This document shows, piece after piece, positions 19,783 to 30,500 of a stretch of 64,000 nucleotides of DNA. The position numbers were made by a program, and so were the translations under genes. Every line of letters starts with the position of its first letter. Positions within the stretch are counted from its first letter, which is position 1. The stretch covers positions 992,001-1,056,000 of the forward strand of contig CAVVXN010000005.1 in NCBI GenBank assembly GCA_963752285.1, given 5' to 3'. The notes beneath the pieces are model-generated. The model was not told where the DNA came from. It made no database searches and saw nothing but the letters and a program-made list of their open reading frames with translations. Source of the DNA: an uncultured Planctomycetota bacterium (GTDB taxonomy: Bacteria; Planctomycetota; PLA2; JAEUHO01).

Positions 19783-22700
19783 TCACGAGGCCCGCCCGGC
19801 CACGGCGGTCTCCGCGAGGGCCACGGCGAGGACGTGGCCCCTCGTCACCGAGGTCCGGACGCGGAGGTCCGCTCCGCCCTCGTGGCGCACGTCGAACGCG
19901 CCGTCCGGGCAGATCCGGACGGCCTCGTACGCCTTCGGCCGCCCGCGAAGGCCGGTGCCCCGGGCCTTCGCCGCGGCCTCCTTCGCGCACCAGAGTCGCG
20001 TCGCCCACGTCGGGTCGTCCGGGTGCCCTGCTTCGGCGAGGCGGCGCACCTCGTCCTCCGTCGCGAACGAAGCGACGTCGAGGTCCCGCGCGGCGTCCGC
20101 GCGCTCGAGGTCCACCCCCACCGGGCCGGACGCGGCCACCGCGACGGCCGCGTCCTCGGTGTGGGACAGCGACAGGTAGGGCGCCGGACCTCCCCCCGCC
20201 TCGCGGACGCGCGGCGCGCCCGCCTCGTCCGTTCCGATGGAGACGGCCGCCGGATGGAGCATGTCGTCCCGGCCCGCGCGCCGCGCCAGGAAGGCGCGGA
20301 GCGCGTCCTTGAGCGCCGCGCGCCCGAGGAGCCAGGCGCGACGCCGACGCGGCGTCGCGTCGAGCGCGCGCCATGCCGCCTCCTCGTCGGCGTGGAGGAC
20401 GTTTCGCGCGAGCCAGTCGGGCGGCAGGTCGCGCACCGCGTCGGCGTCGAGCCACACCACGACGTCGCCGGGATCGAGGCCGAGCGCGGTCGGGTCGCCC
20501 TCGACCGGCTCGGCCAGCAGGTGACGCCGCGGCGCGCGGTGGTTCTCGAGCAGACGTCGCGGCCAGCGGAACGCGGCGTCGCGCCACCCCCGCAGGCGGA
20601 ACCACACGTGGCCCTCGCCGTCCTCCACCTCGACGTCCGCGACGGTGCGCCGACGCTCCCAGTCGACCTCCCTGAGCTCCGCGCGCGCGGGGCACCGCGT
20701 GCCCGGCGCGGGGCTCGCGCGGTACAGCTCGACCCGGTCCACGGCCACCGGGAGCACGTAGCCCTCCTCTCCGTGGAACCACGACCCCACGAGCTGTCCC
20801 GCGCCGTCGAGCGTAACGGGGTCGAGCAGGAGGTGCGGGTCGGGCTCGCCGCGGAACAGCTCGTCCCGGCGCAGCACCTCGAGCGTCCCGGCGACGCCGC
20901 GCCCGCGGCGCTCCGTGAGCTCCGCGAGGCAGCGGAACCGTGGGCCGTGGAACAGCTCCCCGTCCTCGTAGAGGCGACGTGCCGTCGTGCCGAACGGCCG
21001 GTCGTCCGGGAAGCGCGTGAACGCGAACCGGACCGTCTCGCGGTAGCGCGTACCCAGGTGGACGTCGGCGCGCGCGACCCGATCGTCCCCCACGGACGCC
21101 TCCACGCGCACGACGGCCGCCTCGGCCGAGCGCCGCCGGACCTCGGCCCGGACCGCCACGCGCACCCGGTCCACGCCCTCGAACGCGATCCAGCGCCGGG
21201 CCCGCACGTCCTCGAGCGCCACGAGGCCGAGACCCGGCGCGAGGTGGACCGCGTGTTCCGACAGCATCTCCATGGTCATCGTGAGCGGGACGACGGGGAG
21301 ACACAGCGCGAGCGGCTTCTCGCCCCGCGCGTTCGAGAACACGTGGTCGGCGAGCCAGGGGTGCTCGGCGAGCGCGAGGTCCACGACGGTCTCGAGCCGC
21401 ACGCCCGGCTCGTGCGCCGTGACCCGTCCCACGAACGGCATCCGCCCGCGCGGCGCGCGCAGCTCCCTCGCGGCCGACGCGCGCGGGGCCTGCGGCGGGA
21501 CGGGGGGCGCCGGCGACGCGGCCAAGACCGGGGCCACCGCCTCCGCCTCGGTCTCCGGCGGTGCATCCGGCGCCTCGTGCATCGGAGGCCAGTAGAAGCT
21601 GAGGGGGACCGCGGCGCGCGGGGGCGACGCGGGGTCGCGCGGTCGGTCGAGGTCGATCGGCGCCGGGCGCCGCGCGGGGAAGAGCCCCGTCCGGTCGATC
21701 GCGAAGCCGTGCGCGAAGAGCTGGCCCGCGAGCGCCTGGATCTGCGTCAACGGCTCGCGGTGCGCCACGTCCATCGCCACGCAGACCACGTCGTCCCGGT
21801 CGAGCACGGAGCGGCTGTTCGCCGCCATCGTCCCCGACCCGATCTGCACGATGAAGCGCGCGCCCTCGTCGGCCATGCGTCGCATCGTCTGCCAAAAGCG
21901 GATGGGGCGCGACACGTTGGTGCGGAGCACGCGATCGACGTCGTCCGGGTCGCCACGGATCGGCGCTCCGAGCACCGCCGACCAGATCTCGATCCGCGCC
22001 GGACGAAGGCGCTCCAGCTTGCCGAGCGCCTTCGCGAACTCCGCCTCCACGTCGGCGAGGTGCGGCGTGTGGATGGGCGGGAACGGCAACGGCTGCGCGA
22101 GGATCCGCGCGCCACGGAGGGCTTCGGCGAGCGCGCGCACCGCCGTCTCGGGCCCTCCCACCACCTGGGTCGTCGGCGAGAGGTGGAGGCCGATCGACAC
22201 GCCCGGATGCGCGGCCAGGAAGGGGAGGAGCTCCTCCTCCGACGCCCCCACCATCGCGATGATGCCGGTGCCCTGGACGGGGAGCTGGATGTCGAACGCC
22301 TTCCAGAAGCCCGGCACGTGCTCCTCGAAGTCGGTCATCCCGGCGGCGAGCACCGCGGAGACGTCGCCGAGGCTCTGCCCGCACACCATGTCGGCCCGCA
22401 CACCGAGCGAGCAGAGGATCCGCCAGGCCGCCTCGTTGTTCGCGAGCATCCCCATGTGGGAGAGGCTCCGCGCGTCGGGGCGCGCGGGCGCCTCGGCCTC
22501 CGACGCCGACACGCGGGGCGGCGGCGCGAACCGCGCGAGGAGCGCCGCGCGCGTCTCGGCCGGCAGGTGCGGCGGCGGCACGAGGAGGAGGCTCGTCGGG
22601 ACGGGGTCCCCGGGGTTCCCGTCGCGCCGCTCCACGTGGTCGAAGACCTCGCGGGCCGCCGGGAAGTGGAGGCAGGTCTCGAGCAGGTGGCGCGGGAACT

Positions 22701-24561
22701 CGCCGACGAGGCCCGGGAACGCGAGGCCCGGGAACACGGCCGCGATCCGACCGCGCGGCCCGTCCACTCCCGTCGCCGGGTCCGAGACGTAGAGGAGATC
22801 GGCCTCCCGGGTCTCGAGCGCGCCGGACTCGATCGCGGCGACGAGCGCGTCGAGCCGCGGCTCGAGCGGCTCGGACGCGTCGTGCACGAACGCGAGCCGC
22901 GCGGCGTCCTGTGCGCGCGCCTCGCCCAGGGCGGCCCACGCGAGGTCCTCGAGCGTCGCCGCGCGCCGGTCGGCGCGCACGAACGCGAGGAGGCGCCGGA
23001 GCCGCGCCGCGACCGCCACGCGGTCGCGGCCCGAGAACAGGAGGACCTCCGTCGCGCGGCGGACGCGACTCTCGGGCGCGCGCGCGACGAGCACGGGTCC
23101 GCCGAGGGCCTCCTCCGACTCCGTGCGCCCGGCGCCGGGGACAACCACCCGCGTCGCGCGCGCGGGCACGGGCCGCGCCTCCTCCAGCACGACGTGCGCG
23201 TCGATGCCCCCGAAGCCGAAGGCGTCCACGCCCGCGCGGCGGGGCGCGGCCGGCGACTCGAGCCAGGGACGCGCGGCGCCGGGGACCCAGAACGACGTGT
23301 CGGCGAGCGCGGGGTGGGGCTGCTCGCAGTGGAGGCTCGGGTAGACCACCTTGTTCGAGAGCGAGAGCGCGGTCTTGATCAGCGCGGCCACGCCCGCGGC
23401 GGGCATCAGGTGGCCGATCATCGACTTCACGGAGCCCAGCGGGCGCGCCGGCACGCCGCCGCGCGGCGGACCGAACACACGGCGCAGCGTCTCCAGCTCG
23501 ACGTCGTCGCCCTCGCGCGTCCCCGTGCCGTGCGCCTCGACGAGCCCGATCGTCTCGGGATCGACGCCGGCGTCGTGGTACGCCCGCTCGAGCGCCCGCA
23601 CCTGTCCCCCCGCCGCGGGGGCGAGGACGCCGCGCTGGCGTCCGTCGCTCGCACTGCCGGCGCCCTTGACGATCGCCCACACCGGGTGGCGGCGGGCGAT
23701 CGCGTCGTCCAGGCGCTCGAGCACGACGGCGCCCGCGCCCTCGCCGATGAGCATGCCGTCCGCGCGCCGGTCGAACGGCCGGATGCGTTCGGAGGGCGAG
23801 ATCGCGAGGATCCGGTCGAAGAGCCACCAGAACGCCGGCACCTGCGTGAGGTTGACGCCCGCCGCGACGGCGATCTCCGCGCGCCCGTCGCGGAGCCGGA
23901 GCACGGCGGTCTCGAGGGCGAGGAGCGACGAAGCGCACGCGCCGTCCACCGTGAAGGCCGAGCCGCCGAGGTCCAGGCGGTTCGCCGCGCGGGACGGGAC
24001 GAGATTGGGGATGCTCGAGGCGAGCCCGTCCACGTCGTACGGAGGAAGCGTGCGGCGCAGGGCGGCGTCGATCCCGTCGAGGAGCTCCGGGCCGAGGCCC
24101 GGCGCGCGCGACGAGAGGAAGCGCGAGAAGCGGTCGATGCCCTCCGACCGCAGGAACACCTCCATCATCTTGTTGCTGGTGTAGCCGCCGCGCCCGACGA
24201 TCAGGTCGGTCGCGGCGCGCCGCGGGTCGTCGCGACCGACGCCGGCGTCTTCGAGCGCCCGCGCGACCACGTCGAGCAGCAGGAACTGGTCGGGATCGCC
24301 GTCCCGCGCGATCCTCGGCATGATGCCGTACCGCGCGCCGTCGAACCAGTGCGGCGTGTCGAGGAACCCGCCGCGGCGGAAGCGGATGTGCGCCTCGTGG
24401 TCCGAAGGGACCTCGTGGTTCTGCGCGCCGGGCCAGCGCTCCCGGGGGAGATCCCGGAGCGCGTCCACGCCGCGAGCCAGGTTGCTCGCGAACGTCGCGA
24501 GGTCCGGCGCGCCGGGGAACACGCACGCCATCCCGACGATCGCGACGTCCCTCTCGCTCAT
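19783..24561 (-). CDS. Type I PKS/Pfa-like synthase subunit 2: KS-AT-DH-PPTase, no ACP seen
   Basis: From MSERDVAIVGMACVFPGA. KS: DGACASS, EAHGTGT, GHLMPAAG. AT: GQSLGD. DH: HPWLADH...DGAGQ. PPTase: LSLSHT, GVDLE, WCAKEAAAKA. Confidence 0.9.
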   Translation of the reverse strand: MSERDVAIVGMACVFPGAPDLATFASNLARGVDALRDLPRERWPGAQNHEVPSDHEAHIRFRRGGFLDTPHWFDGARYGIMPRIARDGDPDQFLLLDVVARALEDAGVGRDDPRRAATDLIVGRGGYTSNKMMEVFLRSEGIDRFSRFLSSRAPGLGPELLDGIDAALRRTLPPYDVDGLASSIPNLVPSRAANRLDLGGSAFTVDGACASSLLALETAVLRLRDGRAEIAVAAGVNLTQVPAFWWLFDRILAISPSERIRPFDRRADGMLIGEGAGAVVLERLDDAIARRHPVWAIVKGAGSASDGRQRGVLAPAAGGQVRALERAYHDAGVDPETIGLVEAHGTGTREGDDVELETLRRVFGPPRGGVPARPLGSVKSMIGHLMPAAGVAALIKTALSLSNKVVYPSLHCEQPHPALADTSFWVPGAARPWLESPAAPRRAGVDAFGFGGIDAHVVLEEARPVPARATRVVVPGAGRTESEEALGGPVLVARAPESRVRRATEVLLFSGRDRVAVAARLRRLLAFVRADRRAATLEDLAWAALGEARAQDAARLAFVHDASEPLEPRLDALVAAIESGALETREADLLYVSDPATGVDGPRGRIAAVFPGLAFPGLVGEFPRHLLETCLHFPAAREVFDHVERRDGNPGDPVPTSLLLVPPPHLPAETRAALLARFAPPPRVSASEAEAPARPDARSLSHMGMLANNEAAWRILCSLGVRADMVCGQSLGDVSAVLAAGMTDFEEHVPGFWKAFDIQLPVQGTGIIAMVGASEEELLPFLAAHPGVSIGLHLSPTTQVVGGPETAVRALAEALRGARILAQPLPFPPIHTPHLADVEAEFAKALGKLERLRPARIEIWSAVLGAPIRGDPDDVDRVLRTNVSRPIRFWQTMRRMADEGARFIVQIGSGTMAANSRSVLDRDDVVCVAMDVAHREPLTQIQALAGQLFAHGFAIDRTGLFPARRPAPIDLDRPRDPASPPRAAVPLSFYWPPMHEAPDAPPETEAEAVAPVLAASPAPPVPPQAPRASAARELRAPRGRMPFVGRVTAHEPGVRLETVVDLALAEHPWLADHVFSNARGEKPLALCLPVVPLTMTMEMLSEHAVHLAPGLGLVALEDVRARRWIAFEGVDRVRVAVRAEVRRRSAEAAVVRVEASVGDDRVARADVHLGTRYRETVRFAFTRFPDDRPFGTTARRLYEDGELFHGPRFRCLAELTERRGRGVAGTLEVLRRDELFRGEPDPHLLLDPVTLDGAGQLVGSWFHGEEGYVLPVAVDRVELYRASPAPGTRCPARAELREVDWERRRTVADVEVEDGEGHVWFRLRGWRDAAFRWPRRLLENHRAPRRHLLAEPVEGDPTALGLDPGDVVVWLDADAVRDLPPDWLARNVLHADEEAAWRALDATPRRRRAWLLGRAALKDALRAFLARRAGRDDMLHPAAVSIGTDEAGAPRVREAGGGPAPYLSLSHTEDAAVAVAASGPVGVDLERADAARDLDVASFATEDEVRRLAEAGHPDDPTWATRLWCAKEAAAKARGTGLRGRPKAYEAVRICPDGAFDVRHEGGADLRVRTSVTRGHVLAVALAETAVAGRAS

Positions 24562-27500
24562 CGTCGCCCCGGGGTCGTGCCTCCGCGGGCGAGCGCGGGC
24601 GCGCCGACCGCCCACACCACCTCCGGTGACCGCTCCGTCGTTCGCCGGATCTCGTCGAGGAACGCCTCGCTCCCGTCCGCGGGGTCGATCAGCCCGATCC
24701 CCCGCTCCCGGTAGACGCGGCGGAGCCCGTCCGAGAGCATCCCGCCGTCCCACGGGCCCCAGTTGATCGCGACGACGCGCGCCGGCCAGCGCCGGTCGAG
24801 GTCGGCCGCGAGCTTGTTCAGGACCTCGTTGGCGGCGCTGTAGTCCGCCTGGCCCGCGTTCCCGAACCGGCCGGACACCGACGAGAAGAACGCGAGGAAG
24901 CGGAGCCGCTCGGGGTCGAGCCGCCGCGCGAGCACGAGCGCGGGCCGCACCTTCGTGTCGAACACCCGCGCGCAGGACGCGGCGGTCTTGTCCTCGATGC
25001 GCCGATCCTCGACCACGCCGGCGGCGTGGATCACGCCGTCGATCCGTCCGTGCCGCGCGTACACGTCGTCGATCAGGTTCCCGAACGCCTCGTCGTCGCG
25101 GACGTCGAGGGCGTGGTACTCGACCGCGGCGCCCGTGGCCTCGAGGGCCGCGAGGTTCGCGCGGACCTCGCGCTCCACCAGGACCCGTCGCGCCTCCGTC
25201 TCGATCGCCTCCGGCCGCGGCGGCGCGCCCGACGCGGCGGCACGGCGCGCCAGCGCCGCGCGAAGGGCGGCGCCGTCCCGCGCGCCGGCGAGGTCGGCCG
25301 GCTCGGCCGCCGGCCCCGGTCGGGGCGAGCGCCCGACGATCACGAGCAGCGCCCCGGACGCCGCGGCGAGACGCTTCAGCACCTCGGCGGTGATCCCGCG
25401 CGCGCCGCCCGTCACGAGCACGACCGACTCCGCGTCGAGGGGCAGCGCGGCGAGCGCGCCGGCGTCGCCGCCGGGGTGGCCGTCGCCATCCCCGTGGCCG
25501 TTGCCGTTCCCCGTGCCGTTCCCGGCCCCCGAGCCGTTCCCGTGCCCGCCGGCGGCGGCGAGGTCGAGACGCCAGCGGCCGGCGCGGTCGAGGCCCACCT
25601 CGACCAGGTCGTCCGTCGCGCCCGCCTCGGCGGCGAGCCGCGTCAGCACGATCTCGGCGTCGGCGTCGGGGTCGACGTCGATCGACTTCACCCGGACGCC
25701 GGGCCACTCCTTCGCCAGCGCCTTGAAGAAGCCGACGCTCGCCGCCTGCGCCACCGCGAGCGGGCGCCGGCCCCCGAGGCCGAAGCGACCGTCGAGCGCG
25801 GTGACGTTCAACAGCAGGGCGCCTCCGGCCTCCGCCGACGCCCGGAGGTCGGGGCCGAACGCCTGCCCCACGGTCAGCAGCTGCCGGAGGATCCGCGCCC
25901 CCGCGCCGGCCTCGTCCGTCGCGTCCCGCACCCTGGGATCGAGGCCCAGGAGGTTCACGAGGGCGCCGACGCGCCGTCCGCCGTCCGCGAGGACCGCGCG
26001 GAGGCGGTCCACCGCCGCGCGGTCCTCGAGGTCCACGGCGAAGCGACGCTCGTCGAGGCGTTCGAACCCGCGACCCGGCAGCACCTGCCACGCGGGGACC
26101 CCGGCGCTCCGGAGCCCGCTCCCGATCGCGCCGTACGCCTCGGGCCCGTCTCCGAGCACGAGCACGCCCGCGTCCGGCGCGAGCCCGAGTGTCGTCGGCT
26201 CGAGATCCGCCGGAGGAAGCGCGGCCTCGACGCTCTCGAGCACCCACCGCTCGACGGGACGGGCCGGCGGCGAAGCGACGGTCGCCGCCGACGGGGTGTC
26301 GGTGGTCGCCGTCGCGCTCCCGGACGGCGCGGCCCCGGACGGCGGGGCCGCGGGGGCGACGGACGCGCGGGCCGCGCGGGCGTTCGTGCCGTCGTCGGCC
26401 GGCGACGGCGGCACGTCGGCGCCGACCACCTCGCGCTGGTGCGCGTAGCGCTCGACGATCGCGCCTATCGTCTTGAGCCGCGTGAACTCGGCCAGCACCT
26501 CCTCCTCGTCCTGGTCGGGGTCGGCGAAGTAGCGGTGGTAGCGCTTCAAGGCCGAGAAGATCTCCATCAGCTTGATGGAGTCGATTCCGAGGCCCGCCTC
26601 GAGCGGCACGTCCGGGAGGAGCAGATCCTCCGGGTAGCCCGTGCGCCGGCTCACCTCGCGGAGCAGCTCCTGGTGGAACGTCTCGACCGAGGGCGCCTCG
26701 CCGGCCGCGGCCTCGCCCGTCACCGCGCGCGCGCCCCCGGCCGTGTCGCTCGCGGCGGGCGTGTCGGACGACACGTCGTTCCCTCGCGCCGCCCCCGGCC
26801 CGGGCGCGGACGGATCGGCGCCCCCGCCCCCGACCTCGGGCGACCCCGGCGACGCGAGCGGCTCGAGCGGCGCGAGGACCGGCGTCGGCACGACGCCGAG
26901 GAAGGCGGGCTCGGCGCCGGAGGCCCCCGCCTCCGCGGGCGGGCGGACCGGGGGGACCGAGCCCGACGGGGTCCCGTCGAGGAGCCGCGTCTGGAGCTCG
27001 ATCAGCCGCTCGAATACGCGCTGCTGCTCGCGCTGGAGGCCGATCCAGTCGCGGATCGTCCGCTGGACCTCGAGCGGGAGGGTCGCATCGCCCCGCGCGC
27101 CGCGGACCTCCGGTCCGAGCGGCCGTTCGATGGGCGCGGGCGTCGGGGACGGCGGCGGAGCGGGGGACGGATCGGGCTCGGGCATCGGCGGAGGGTCGCC
27201 GCTCTCGCCGTCCCGTCCACCCGCGCGCGGGGTGCGGGCGGGCGCGGGCACGACGGCACGCGCCTTGGGCGCGGACGCGGGCCCGTCCGCGGGCGACGCG
27301 CCCGGGGCCGCGGATCGCGCGGCCTCTCCGGCCCGGGGGGCGACGGGCGAGACGCCGCCCGGCTCCACGAGCACGTCGGTCGGCCGGACCCTCTCGGCCT
27401 CGCGGATCTCGCGCGTCACCTCCGAGAGCCCCCGCGACCCGAAGCCTCGGCGCGTGAAGAGCGGCGCGAGGTCCACCTCGAGCCCGATCGCGAACGCGCG

Positions 27501-30500
27501 CGCGAGGAGCCTCGCGAGGACGAGCCCTCCGGGCTCGCCGGGAAGGTCGAGCGGGAGGGTCACGTGCGGCCGCCCCTCGAGGATCCGGCGCACGAACCCG
27601 GAGAGGATCCCGCCGGGACCCGCCTCGACGAACACCCGCGCGCCCGCGTCGTGCATCGCGCGGACCTGCTCTACGAACCGCACGGGATGCGAGAGGTGAC
27701 GCCCCAGCAGCTCCTTCATCGCCACGACGTCGCGCGGGTACGGCTTGGCGGTCACGTTGCTGTGCACCGGGACCGCCGGCGGCCGCATCGCGACCTTCTC
27801 GAGCTCCGGCAGGATCGCCTTCGAGGCCTCCGTGACGAGCGCGGTGTGGAACGCGGCCGACACCGGGACACGCCGGGCCGCGAGCCCACGGGCCGCGAGA
27901 CGGGTGAGGCCCTCGTCCACCGCCGCGCGCGGGCCGGCCACGATCGTCTGGCGGGGCGCGTTCAGGTTCGCGATCTCGAGACCCAGATGCTCCTCGGCGA
28001 GGGCCGCCCGGACCTCGTCCTCGCCGGCCGCGACGGCGATCATCCCGCCCTCGCCCTCGGCGGCGACGTCGTGGACCGCGGCGCCGCGGAGCGCAGAGAC
28101 GACGAGCAGGTCGCGTCGCCCGTACGCGCCGGCGGCGTGGAGCGCGACGTACTCGCCGTACGAATGCCCGGCGGTGAAGGCGGGCCGGAGGCCGAACGTC
28201 GCGAGCACGTCGAGCGCGAAGAGCTCGACCGCGCCGAGCGCGGGCTGGGCGACGCGCGTGTCCTCGAGCTCCTCCCGCCGGCGGCGACGGTCGGCCTTCG
28301 TCCACGCCGGCTGCGGGAACACGTAGGCGGACAGCGGCACCGGCAGCAGGTCGCGCAGGAGGTGGTCGGCCTCCTCGAACACGCTCGTGTCGAACCCGGC
28401 GGTCGTGACGAGGTCGCCGAGCATGCCGATGCGCTGCGCGCCCTGGCCCGGGAACAGGAAGGCGACCTCCTTCGCGCGCGCCGGGGGCGCGTCCGAGAGC
28501 CAGGTCCCGCGCGCCTCGTCGAGGCCCGCCCCCGCGGCGAGCGCCTCACGCGCCCTCGCGAGCGCCGATCGGAGGTCCGAGAGCGAGGACGCCACGACGC
28601 CGAGCCGCGCCGCGTCGGGCCCGTCACGGTCGCGTGCGCGCTCGTCGGCGTGGACCGCGGCGGCCACGCGCGCGAGGGCGCCCTCGGGCAGGCCGGCCGT
28701 CTCGCCCTCGATCCTCGCGACCGCCTCCGCGAGGGCCTCGCGCGTCGGGCGCCCGATCGACACCACCTCGGCGTCGCGCGGCGCGAGGTCCCGCGTCGCG
28801 TCCGGGCAAAACGCGTCCTCGTACGCCTCCAGGACCACGTGGAAGTTCGTCCCCCCGAACCCGAACGCGCTGACGCCCGCGCGGCGCGCCGGGTGGCGCA
28901 CGTCGCGGATCCAGGGCCGCCGCTCGGTGTTCGCGTACACGCGGGAGCCCGCTTCGAGGAGACGCGGGTTCGGGCGCTCCACGTGGAGCGTGGGCGGCAG
29001 CGTGCGGTGCGAGAGCGCCAGCGCCGTCTTCACGAGGCCGGCGAGGCCCGCCGCGGTCTTCGCGTGGCCGATCTGCGACTTCACGGAGCCGATCGCACAC
29101 GTCGGACGCCCGGGACCGAGCACGGCCTGGAGCGACTCGATCTCGGCCGCGTCCCCCACCGCCGTGCCGGTCGCGTGGGCCTCGATCAGCTCGACGGTCG
29201 CCGGGTCCACACCGGCGTCCTCGTACGCACGACGCAGCGCGAGGACCTGCCCCGCGGGATGCGGCGCCGTCAGGCTCCGGTTCCGCCCGTCGCTCGAGGT
29301 CCCGATGCCCCGGATCACCGCGTACACGTCGTCGCCGTCGCGCTCCGCGTCCTCGAGGCGCTTCAGCACGACGGCCCCGACGCCCTCGCCGAGCACGATC
29401 CCGTCCGCGCCGGCGTCGAAGGGGCGCGGCACGTCCCCCGGCGTGAGTGCCTGGGTCTTCGCGAAGCCCATGAACGTGAACGCGTTGTTCGAGCCGTCGG
29501 CCGCGCCGACCACGACCACGTCGGCGACGCGTGACCGGAGCTGTCCCACGGCGGCGTGGAGCGCCGCCAGCGACGACGAGCACGCGGCGTCCACCACGTA
29601 GTTCGCACCCATGAGGTCGAGCCGGTTCGCGATGCGACCGGCGATCAGGTTGGGGAGCACGCCGGGGAACACGTCCTCGGTCCACGGGGGCAGGGCGGCC
29701 CGCACCGATTCGACCGCCCGCCGCCGCGCGTCGTCGCCGAGCGACGATGTGCGGAGGAGGAGCTGCTCGACCATCGTGCGGAACACGTACGAGATGCCCA
29801 GGTCGTGGATCCCGCTCGACCCGAAGATCACGCTCGTCCGCTCGCGCGGGAAGGGATGGCGGTCGAAGCCCGCGTCCTCGAGCGCGCGCCGCGCGGTCTC
29901 GAGCGCCAGGAGCTGCACGGGCTCGAGGTGCGTCACGGTCGCCGGCGGGATGCCGTAGCGCAGCGGGTCGAAGCGGATCGGCTCCAGGAACGCGCCCCGG
30001 CGCGCGTAGAGCCGGTCGGGCGCGCGACGGTCGGGGTCGTAGAAGAGGCTCGGGCTCCATCGCGACTCGGGCACGTCCCGGACCGCGTCCGCGCCCCGGA
30101 GCACGCACGCCCAGAACGAGGCGAGGTCGGGCGCGCCCGGGAAGCAGCACGCCATGCCCACGATCGCGATGCGCTCCCCGCCGCTGCGCCGGCGCGCGCC
30201 GACCGCGAGCGGCACGGCGTGCCGGTGCGTCCACTCGACCGCGCCGCGGGAGACCGCGTCGTGGAGCGCCGCCATCGACTGCCGGCCGTCGCGGAGCGTC
30301 GCGACGTCGCCGAGCATGAACATGCCCTCTCGCCGCTGTTCGGACGAGTCCACGCGCTCGAGCTCGCCCTCGAGGCGTTCGGCGCGGGACGCGAGGTCGT
30401 CGGCCTCCGCGTCGGCTCGCCCGCGGCGTCGGAGTCCCTTCGAGGCGACGCGGAGCCGCCCCACGTTCAGGATCTCCAGGTCCACCCGCACGTCCTCGGC

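Noticed and set aside
25480..25550. Gly/Asn/His repeat (GNGSGAGNGTGNGNGHGDGDGH) in PKS subunit 1
   Set aside because: Low-complexity linker within the KR region, not a separate element.
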